From assembly GCA_037446815.1 (NCBI GenBank), contig JBBIHX010000014.1, positions 1 through 35,413 of the forward strand: 35,413 nucleotides of DNA, given 5' to 3'. The notes beneath the pieces are model-generated. The model ran no database searches. It worked only from the letters and a program-made list of their open reading frames with translations, and was not told the DNA's origin. The first letter of the stretch is position 1, and each line of letters opens with the position of its first letter. A program made the translations under genes and the position numbers. This DNA comes from Caldilineae bacterium (GTDB lineage Bacteria > Chloroflexota > Anaerolineae > DTLA01). Positions 1-14,865 of the stretch are shown here, in pieces.

Positions 1-54
1 GATGGTCCCCACGTTCACATGGGGCTTCTTCCGCTCAAATACCTTCTTGGCCAT
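1..54 (-). CDS. tuf: Elongation factor Tu, 5' fragment (runs off the window edge)
   Basis: Reverse strand reads ATG at 54 then MAKKVFERKKPHVNVGTI, the EF-Tu N-terminus; AAGGAG RBS at 61-66; follows fusA. Confidence 0.95.
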   Translation of the reverse strand, partial: MAKKVFERKKPHVNVGTI

Positions 55-90
55 CCTGGACTCCTTTCTCTATCTCTGTGCGACTTTGAA

Positions 91-2157
91 TTATCTCACC
101 AGTATCCGATCGGCTGTCTCTTTGGATACTTCAGCATAATGATCAAATTCCATCGTGAAGGTGCCCCGCCCCTGGGTCATGGACCGCAACTCCGTCGCAT
201 ACCCGAACATTTGGGCCAGCGGCACGAACACGCGAATTGCCTGCAAATCACCTCGCCGCTCAATCCCCTCAATCTGCGCCTTCCGCTGATTTAGGTTGCC
301 GATGACATCCCCCATGAACTCTTCGGGGGTTACGACCTCCACCTTCATCACCGGCTCCAGCAGGATGGGGCCTGCCTTCTCCACCCCATCGCGCACGGCC
401 ATGGACGCCGCCACCTGGAAGGCCAGTTCCGTGGATGTCTCTGGGTCGTAGGAACCGTCCACCAACGTGAACTTCACATCCACCAGCGGATACCCCGCCA
501 GCACGCCGCTCTCGGCGGCATCCCGCACTCCGCGCTCCACCGCGGGGATGAACTCCTTGGGGATGGCGCCGAACTTTATCTTGCTGTCAAAGATCACGCC
601 CTGCCCCTGGCCGGCCGGCTCAATCTCCAGCCACACGTGGCCGTATTGGCTCTTGGTCCCCATCTGGCGGATGAACTTGCCCTCGGAGCGCACGGCCATG
701 GTGATGGTCTCGCGGTAGGCCACTTGGGGCCGTCCCACCTTCGCCCCCACGTGGAACTCGCGCACCAATCGGTCTACCAGCACCTCCAGGTGCAACTCGC
801 CCATCCCCGAAATCAGCGTCTGGCCCGTATTCTCGTCCACCTTGACGCTGAAGGTCGGGTCCTCGTCGGCGAGGGCCTGAAGCGCCTGGCCGAGTTTCTC
901 CTCGTCGGCCTTGGTCTTGGGCTCAATCGCCACCGAGATCACCGGCTCCGGGAACTTGATCTTCTCCAGCAGCAGCGGCGCATGGAAAGCGCACAGCGTG
1001 TCGCCGGTGAAGGTCTCCTTCAGCCCCAGCAGCCCGACGATGTCGCCCGCGTAGGCTTCCTGCAGGTCCTCGCGACGGTTGGCGTACATGCGCAGGACGC
1101 GCCCCACGCGCTCTTTGGCGTTGCGGCTTGCGTTGCGCACCTGCGCGCCCACCGTGATCTTGCCCGAGTACACCCTCACGTAGGCCAGCCGCCCCACGTA
1201 GGGGTCGGTAGCAATCTTGAACGCGAGGGCTGCCAGCGGCTCCTGCTCGTCCGCCACCCGCGACACCGTCTCGCCGGAGCGCGGATCCACTCCCGCCACC
1301 GGCGGGATGTCCACCGGCGAGGGCAGGTACCAGACGATGGCATCCAGCAGGGGCTGCACCCCCTTGTTGCGCAGCGCCGCGCCGCACAGCACGGGCACCA
1401 GCGCGCCTTTCAGCGTCGCCCGGCGCAGCGCCGCGCGGATTTCCTCCGGGATGATCGTCTCACCTTCCAGGTATTTGACCATGAGATGATCGTCGTGTTC
1501 TGCCGCCTGCTCCAGCATGACCTCCCGATAGTGCTCGGCTTGCTCTTTCAGGTCATCCGGAATCTGGCGTCGGGCGGCCACCGTCCCCAGGTCATCCTCG
1601 TAGATGATGGCCTGATTCTCCACCAGGTCCACCACCCCGACGAATGTCTCCGAGACGCCGATGGGAATCTGCACCGCCACGGGATTGGCAGAAAGCCGAT
1701 CTCGGATCATCTCAATCGTGTGCCAGAAATCGGCACCGATTCGGTCCATCTTGTTAACGAAACAGATGCGGGGTACGTGATACCGGTCTGCCTGTCGCCA
1801 GACGGTTTCGGACTGCGGTTCCACCCCGCTCACGGCGTCAAAGACCACGACGCCGCCATCCAGCACGCGAAGGCTTCGCTGCACCTCCGCGGTGAAATCA
1901 ATGTGTCCGGGCGTATCAATGATGTTAATCTGGTGATTCAGCCAGTAACAGGTTACGGCTGCCGACTGGATGGTGATGCCGCGCTCGCGTTCCTGCTGCA
2001 TCCAGTCTGTAACGGTTGTCCCCTCGTCAACATTCCCCATTCGGTGCGTGCGCCCTGTGTAGAACAGGATGCGCTCGGTGGTCGTGGTCTTCCCAGCGTC
2101 AATGTGGGCAATGATCCCGATATTCCGAATCTGCGCTAAAGGAATGTCCCTGGGCAT
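91..2157 (-). CDS. fusA: Elongation factor G (str-operon copy with EF-G2-like motifs)
   Basis: 688 aa; [46 protein letters not shown]; lies between rpsG and tuf. Confidence 0.97.
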   Translation of the reverse strand: MPRDIPLAQIRNIGIIAHIDAGKTTTTERILFYTGRTHRMGNVDEGTTVTDWMQQERERGITIQSAAVTCYWLNHQINIIDTPGHIDFTAEVQRSLRVLDGGVVVFDAVSGVEPQSETVWRQADRYHVPRICFVNKMDRIGADFWHTIEMIRDRLSANPVAVQIPIGVSETFVGVVDLVENQAIIYEDDLGTVAARRQIPDDLKEQAEHYREVMLEQAAEHDDHLMVKYLEGETIIPEEIRAALRRATLKGALVPVLCGAALRNKGVQPLLDAIVWYLPSPVDIPPVAGVDPRSGETVSRVADEQEPLAALAFKIATDPYVGRLAYVRVYSGKITVGAQVRNASRNAKERVGRVLRMYANRREDLQEAYAGDIVGLLGLKETFTGDTLCAFHAPLLLEKIKFPEPVISVAIEPKTKADEEKLGQALQALADEDPTFSVKVDENTGQTLISGMGELHLEVLVDRLVREFHVGAKVGRPQVAYRETITMAVRSEGKFIRQMGTKSQYGHVWLEIEPAGQGQGVIFDSKIKFGAIPKEFIPAVERGVRDAAESGVLAGYPLVDVKFTLVDGSYDPETSTELAFQVAASMAVRDGVEKAGPILLEPVMKVEVVTPEEFMGDVIGNLNQRKAQIEGIERRGDLQAIRVFVPLAQMFGYATELRSMTQGRGTFTMEFDHYAEVSKETADRILVR

Positions 2158-2204
2158 ATCACAACCACCTGGGTCTCGCGCCGTCGGTGGCCGAGGCTCC
2201 CCTC

Positions 2205-2675
2205 CTACCAGCGGTAGTGCGCGAAGGCCCTGTTGGACTCGGCCATCTTATGGGTGTCTTCTTTCTTCTTGATGGTCGCGCCCTCACCCTTGTAGGCGTC
2301 CAGAATCTCCGCGGCCAACTTCTCGGCCATGGAGCGCCCCGACCGCTTGTGCGCCGATTCCAGAAGCCACCGCATGGCCAGCGACGGCCGCAGATGCTCC
2401 GGAATCTCCACCGGAACCTGGTACGTGGCGCCGCCAACTCGGCGCGGCTTCACGTACAGCACCGGCATCGCGTTGTTCAGCGCCTTCTCAAAGACTTCCA
2501 GCGGATTGGTGTGCGTCCGCTCCTCAATCAGGTTGAAACTATCGTAAACAATGCGCAGCGCCGTGCTTTTCTTCCCACGTCGCATCATGTGGTTGACGAA
2601 GCGCCCTATCAATTCGCTGTTGTACCGCGGATCGGGCTCCACAGGCCGCCGCGCCGGACGATACCTTCTAGGCAT
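2205..2675 (-). CDS. rpsG: 30S ribosomal protein S7
   Basis: 156 aa; MPRR start, [30 protein letters not shown]. Confidence 0.99.
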   Translation of the reverse strand: MPRRYRPARRPVEPDPRYNSELIGRFVNHMMRRGKKSTALRIVYDSFNLIEERTHTNPLEVFEKALNNAMPVLYVKPRRVGGATYQVPVEIPEHLRPSLAMRWLLESAHKRSGRSMAEKLAAEILDAYKGEGATIKKKEDTHKMAESNRAFAHYRW

Positions 2676-2751
2676 TCCTCAAAACCCTCCAACTAGACTT
2701 CACGCTCCCCAATCCCTTCGCTGGCGGAGCGGGCAGAAGGACTCGGCTCCC

Positions 2752-3174
2752 CTACGCCTTGGCCTTGGGTCGCTTGGCGCCGTACTTGGAGCGCCCCTTC
2801 TTGCGGCCCTCCACGCCGGTGGCGTCCAGCGCGCCGCGCACGATGTGATACCGCACGCCGGGCAGGTCCTTCACGCGGCCGCCGCGCACCAGCACCATGG
2901 AGTGCTCCTGCAGGGTGTGGCCCTCGCCCGGGATATACGCCGTTACCTCAATCCCGTTGGTCAGGCGCACCCTGGCGATCTTGCGCAAGGCCGAGTTCGG
3001 CTTCTTCGGCGTCATCGTGCGCACCACCGTGCACACGCCGCGCTTCTGGGGCGACCCTTTGCCGCTGACCGTCTTCCGCTTCAGCGCGTTGTACGTGTAC
3101 CGCAGCGCAGGAGCCTTGCTCTTCTTTGCCTTCTCTGTTCGCCCTTTTCTCACCAGTTGATTGATCGTCGGCAA
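2752..3174 (-). CDS. rpsL: 30S ribosomal protein S12
   Basis: TTG start at 3174 ([10 protein letters not shown]) with GGGAGG RBS at 3182-3187; [27 protein letters not shown]. The ORF-track extension to 3351 is repeat-derived. Confidence 0.98.
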   Translation of the reverse strand: MPTINQLVRKGRTEKAKKSKAPALRYTYNALKRKTVSGKGSPQKRGVCTVVRTMTPKKPNSALRKIARVRLTNGIEVTAYIPGEGHTLQEHSMVLVRGGRVKDLPGVRYHIVRGALDATGVEGRKKGRSKYGAKRPKAKA

Positions 3175-3220
3175 GTCTGAACCTCCCTGATTCTGCTTGG
3201 CCAATCCCAAGTTCTGCCTG

Positions 3221-3370
3221 GAGTCGGTTCCATCTTGTGTTGGTGAACCATGCGCGCACTCTCTTCGCGTGTCATTGCGAGCGAAGCGAAGCAATCCCGC
3301 GCCCCGGAGATTGCTTCGGGCACTGCGTGCCCTCGCAATGACGGCTACCAACAGACTTTGGAACCGAATC
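3221..3370 (+). mobile_element. 150-bp MITE-like element, copy 1 (target duplication TCTGCCTG at 3213-3220 and 3371-3378)
   Basis: Left end GAGTCGGTTCCATCTTGTGTTGG; right end CCAACAGACTTTGGAACCGAATC (imperfect inverted repeat); exact 8-bp flanking direct repeat; 128/150 identical to 33222-33371 by hand alignment. Confidence 0.85.
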
Positions 3371-3535
3371 TCTGCCTGTTTTTGGGCAAAACAACAGCCG
3401 CCTCACCTGACGTGGGCACGCGACCTGATAAATCAGGCCCAACCTATGGTGACGTGGCTGCTGCACACAGGACCCAGCGACGATCTCTTTTTCGCTCTTG
3501 CGAGCGGATCACGCTATATGGGCCCACGAACCGCT

Positions 3536-3556
3536 AGTATAGCACACCTCTACAGT

Positions 3557-3564
<8 letters not shown>
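3536..3564 (-). promoter_or_regulatory. sigma70-type promoter for the rpsL operon
   Basis: TTGACT (3564-3559), 17-bp spacer, TATACT (3541-3536) with extended -10 TG; the -35 box overlaps the end of rpoC. Confidence 0.75.
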
Positions 3565-7801
<4,237 letters not shown>

Positions 7802-7812
7802 TCGTATCCTCC

Positions 7813-11631
<3,819 letters not shown>

Positions 11632-12015
11632 GCACATCCGCTCCTTCACGATAGGTTACGCATTTGGGTTGCGCGCGGGCCTCGTCGGCGGGGCACACAC
11701 GCGCCACACGGACGGCCAGCGGGGACCTGGATCTCGGGAACACCGGTGGGGGCACGACCGAGCGGTCGGCGCCAAACGAACGCAACGCAGCGCAAAACCC
11801 CCGGCTCTCGCCTGCTCTTGTCATTCCAGTCGGCCACATCACCCTCCGCGCAACGCAACATGAACCGGAGAGCGACCTTGCCCGCATCGTTGCAGGGAAC
11901 CGAACCGGGGATAGAAAACCGCCGCGCGCCCTGGAACAGAAATCAAAACCTAACCGTCCCTGGATTCCAAAACAAGAACGCACAGGTGTACCTGGCCCAC
12001 TTGCCGCAACTTCCC

Positions 12016-12044
12016 ATTATAGCAAACTGTCCTACCTCTGTCAA
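12016..12044 (-). promoter_or_regulatory. Consensus sigma70 promoter for rpoBC
   Basis: TTGACA (12044-12039), 17-bp spacer, TATAAT (12021-12016), with extended -10 TGc. Confidence 0.85.
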
Positions 12045-12119
12045 ATTTAGCCTCCGCGCGACACAGTTTCAGAGTGTGCTGGCGACTGTCGTTGCGAGGG
12101 CGCGGGGGGAACACCTAAC

Positions 12120-12176
12120 CCCCTCACCCCAGCCCTCTCCCGGCGGGCGAGGGGACATGGCTCTCACCCCAACCCT
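12120..12176 (+). repeat. CCCTCACCCC-N-CCCTCTCCC...GGGCGAGGG palindromic REP-like unit plus a partial second unit
   Basis: CCCCTCACCCCAGCCCTCTCCCGGCGGGCGAGGGGA, then CTCTCACCCCAACCCT. Confidence 0.7.
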
Positions 12177-12206
12177 ATTCGCGCAGATTCGCGTTCATTC
12201 GCGGTT
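12177..12206 (+). repeat. Three ATTCGCG-NNN units at 10-bp period
   Basis: ATTCGCGCAG ATTCGCGTTC ATTCGCGGTT. Confidence 0.75.
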
Positions 12207-12351
12207 ACGAGACTGTCATTGCGAGGGCGCGGAGCGCCCGAAGCAATCCCCGGGGTGCGCGATTGCTTCGCTTCGCTCGCAACGACACACGAGGAGAGTG
12301 TCCACGCGTTTCACCAACACAAGATGGAACCGACCCGCGCGCCGCCCCCAT

Positions 12352-12380
12352 TTGACAATCCCCCCGCCGTCCGCTATCAT
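12352..12380 (+). promoter_or_regulatory. sigma70 promoter for rnpB
   Basis: TTGACA (12352-12357), 17-bp spacer, TATCAT (12375-12380), just before the P1 5' strand at 12387. Confidence 0.8.
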
Positions 12381-12386
12381 AACATC

Positions 12387-12775
12387 GTGCCCAAGCAGGT
12401 CGGGCGATCGCGGCTGGAAGACTCCAGCCGAGGAAAGTCCGAGCTCCACAGAGCACGGTGCTGGATAGCGTCCAGGCGGGGCGACCCGACGGAAAGTGCC
12501 ACAGAAAACAACCGCCCTCGCCGCCGCGAGGCGACGGGGGTCAGGGTGAAAAGGTGGTGTAAGAGACCACCAGCAGTCCGGGCGACCGGGCTGGCTAGGC
12601 AAACCCCACCGGGAGCAAGACCAAATAGGAGGGCACGGCGGCTTCGCCGCCAGCAGGCTGCTCGTCTGCGCCCTTGGGTGGGTCGCTAGAGGTGTCAGGT
12701 AACTGCCACCCCAGATAGATGATCGCCGGCCGCTTTGGCGGCTACAGAACTCGGCTTACAGACCCGCTTGGGCAC
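12387..12775 (+). ncRNA. rnpB: RNase P RNA, bacterial type A
   Basis: GAGGAAAGTCCGAGCTCC, GAAAGTGCCACAGAAA, GGGTGAAAAGGTGGTGTAAGAGACCACC, GGAGCAAGACCAAATAGG, ACAGAACTCGGCTTAC; terminal GTGCCCAAGC pairs with GCTTGGGCAC. Confidence 0.97.
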
Positions 12776-12888
12776 ACAAGCACCTTACCACGCCTACCGC
12801 CAACTCTATAGCCAGGGCAAAGCCGCTGCGCACATGTGAAGGATGGGTGAAAAATGCGGTGCCTAATTTTAAAACTTCGCGCAGGGGC

Positions 12889-12917
12889 TTTACATATCCC
12901 AAGAAGTGGTGTATAAT
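12889..12917 (+). promoter_or_regulatory. sigma70 promoter of the dcw (mraZ) operon
   Basis: TTTACA (12889-12894), 17-bp spacer, TATAAT (12912-12917). Confidence 0.8.
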
Positions 12918-12940
12918 GGGTCAAAGTGGGGCAACGTAGA
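12906..12940 (+). promoter_or_regulatory. MraZ-binding direct repeats (GTGGG-N5 type)
   Basis: GTGGT, ATGGG, GTGGG and GTAGA at exact 10-bp spacing (12906, 12916, 12926, 12936), overlapping the -10 box upstream of mraZ. Confidence 0.75.
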
Positions 12941-12992
12941 GGGAAAGTGCATCGTCATTGGCCCACGCGAGGGCCGACCAGGGCGGCATACC

Positions 12993-13430
12993 ATGTTCCT
13001 GTACGAGTATCTGCACACAATTGACGAGAAGGGCCGAATCACCGTCCCAGCCAAGTACCGGCCCTTTCTGGAGGCCGGCATGGTGGCCACGCGAGGCCTT
13101 GAGCGATGCATCGTCGTCTACCCGATGGATGCATGGAAGGCCCTGGTGGACAAGATCATGGGTTTGCCCTCTACGCCCAGGCCCATGCGGGAGTACGCTC
13201 GGCTCATCTTCTCCGCCGCGGCAGACCTGCGCGCCGACCGTCAAGGCCGTATTCTTATCCCGCCGGTCCTTTACAACTACGCCGAGATTGACTCCGAAGC
13301 GATGATCATCGGCATGTGGGACCGCTTTGAAATCTGGCAGCCCAAACGGTGGAAAGAGTACCGCGACGCCATGGAGCGGGACGCCGAGTTCATCTCTGAC
13401 AAACTGGCCGAACACGGCCTGGCCGTATAG
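12993..13430 (+). CDS. mraZ: Division/cell wall cluster transcriptional repressor MraZ
   Basis: MFLYEYLHTIDEKGRITVP and DRQGRILIP tandem AbrB-like repeats; FEIW motif. Confidence 0.95.
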   Translation: MFLYEYLHTIDEKGRITVPAKYRPFLEAGMVATRGLERCIVVYPMDAWKALVDKIMGLPSTPRPMREYARLIFSAAADLRADRQGRILIPPVLYNYAEIDSEAMIIGMWDRFEIWQPKRWKEYRDAMERDAEFISDKLAEHGLAV

Positions 13431-13454
13431 TGGGCGTCGCCCAGAGGGCTATCC

Positions 13455-14378
13455 ATGGACGAGCCCGCGCACACCCCCGTTCTACTACATGAGGTTATAC
13501 AGGCGCTGGCAATCCAGCCCGCCGGCTGGTACGTGGATTGCACGGTGGGATTGGGAGGGCACAGCAGCGCCATATTGGAAGCCTCCGGGCCGGATGGCAG
13601 GCTCCTCGGATTGGACGCCGACGCCCGATCCCTGGAACTGGCGAGGCAGCGACTGGCGGCCTTTGGGCCGCGCGCCGTGCTGGTGCACGCCAACTTCCGC
13701 GACCTGGAACGAGTCGCCAAAGACGTTGGGGTGGAAGCCGCAAACGGGATCGTCATGGACCTGGGACTCTCATCTTGGCAACTTGCCGACCGCAGCAGGG
13801 GCTTCTCGTTTCACGACGAGGGCGGCCTGGACATGCGATTTGACCCGTCGGAAGGCGTCAGCGCCGCCGACCTGGTGAACAGCCTGGGCGAGGACGAACT
13901 CGCCAACATCATCTGGCGCTACGGCGAGGAGCCGAAGGCGCGACCCATCGCCCGGGCCATCGTGCGGGCACGGCCCATCGCTACCGCCGACCAACTGGCC
14001 GAGGTCATCGCCCGCGCGGCGGGACGGCGAGGCCGAATCCATCCGGCGACGCGCACCTTCCAAGCCCTGCGAATCGCGGTCAACCGCGAGTTGGAAAGCC
14101 TGGAACAGGCCCTGCCGCAAGCCGTGCGGCTGCTGGCCCCGGGCGGCAGATTGGCGGTCATCTCTTTCCACTCGCTGGAAGACCGCATCGTCAAAACGTT
14201 CTTTAGAAACGAATCCAGGGATTGCATTTGCCCGCCCGGGATGCCGCAATGCACCTGCGGGCATCGCGCAACCCTGCGCATTGTGAGCAAGAAACCCATC
14301 ACGCCCGGCCCCCGCGAGGTCATGACCAACCCGCGGGCGCGGAGCGCCAAATTGCGCGTCGCAGAAAGGCTACCGTAG
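13455..14378 (+). CDS. rsmH: 16S rRNA m4C1402 methyltransferase RsmH (MraW)
   Basis: HTPVLL, DCTVGLGGHS, DLGLSSWQL, HPATRTFQALRIAVN, SFHSLEDRIVK, NPRARSAKLR. Confidence 0.98.
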   Translation: MDEPAHTPVLLHEVIQALAIQPAGWYVDCTVGLGGHSSAILEASGPDGRLLGLDADARSLELARQRLAAFGPRAVLVHANFRDLERVAKDVGVEAANGIVMDLGLSSWQLADRSRGFSFHDEGGLDMRFDPSEGVSAADLVNSLGEDELANIIWRYGEEPKARPIARAIVRARPIATADQLAEVIARAAGRRGRIHPATRTFQALRIAVNRELESLEQALPQAVRLLAPGGRLAVISFHSLEDRIVKTFFRNESRDCICPPGMPQCTCGHRATLRIVSKKPITPGPREVMTNPRARSAKLRVAERLP

Positions 14379-14383
14379 ACACC

Positions 14384-14725
14384 ATGAGCGCCGAACGCAC
14401 GGCAACCCAGGGAACGCCGAAACCCGCGTCCGCCCCGCGGGCCGCTGCCGTATGGCGCACCATTCGGCAGAGGGGGCTCATAGCGGTCCTTGCCGCCCTT
14501 ACCATCTTCTGCTGGGCAGCCATTCCGCTGTACACCAGCACCGAGCGGACGCATGCCGAATATCAGATCGCCGCGCTCCAGGAGCAGATTCTGCAACTCC
14601 AGCGCGAGAAGGCGCAGCTGACCAAAGAACTGGCCGAGCGGCTACGGCTGGACGTCTTGGAAAAGGCCGCCCGAGAAGAGGGCCTCGGGCCGCCGGTTGC
14701 GGCGGACTACCTGGCCGCGCCATAG
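14384..14725 (+). CDS. FtsL-like cell division protein
   Basis: 113 aa; short N-tail, one hydrophobic segment, then a leucine heptad coiled coil (IAALQEQILQLQREKAQLTKEL); sits between rsmH and the PBP gene. Confidence 0.7.
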   Translation: MSAERTATQGTPKPASAPRAAAVWRTIRQRGLIAVLAALTIFCWAAIPLYTSTERTHAEYQIAALQEQILQLQREKAQLTKELAERLRLDVLEKAAREEGLGPPVAADYLAAP

Positions 14726-14865
14726 GTTGAACAATCGCTGCACCCCCTCGCCGCCTACCGTAAGCGGCGCAAGGGGGTGGAGTCGCCCTTGCGGGCGTAG
14801 ACATCGCCGCGCCCATGCGCGTACCGCGCGGCAGAGTTTTGGGGGAGACGAGGGAGATAGGGCAA

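Larger units (their letters stand above)
12060..12336 (-). mobile_element. Composite 277-bp copy (copy 2) of the MITE-like element with nested repeats
   Basis: 12211-12336 is the reverse complement of the left end and core of copies 1 and 3; 12060-12082 is a diverged right end; a 22-bp direct repeat (12084-12105 and 12211-12232) flanks a 105-bp insert; no 8-bp target duplication. Confidence 0.7.

Noticed and set aside
3175..3351. 59-aa N-terminal extension of S12 in the ORF track
   Set aside because: Mostly translated MITE sequence; the TTG at 3174 has a good RBS and gives the canonical MPTINQL start
12052..12344. Target duplication for MITE copy 2
   Set aside because: The flanks CTCCGCGC and GCGCGCCG share only GCGC, which is uninformative in GC-rich DNA
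12205..12689. ORFs overlapping rnpB and the repeat
   Set aside because: Fully explained by RNase P RNA and repeat sequence
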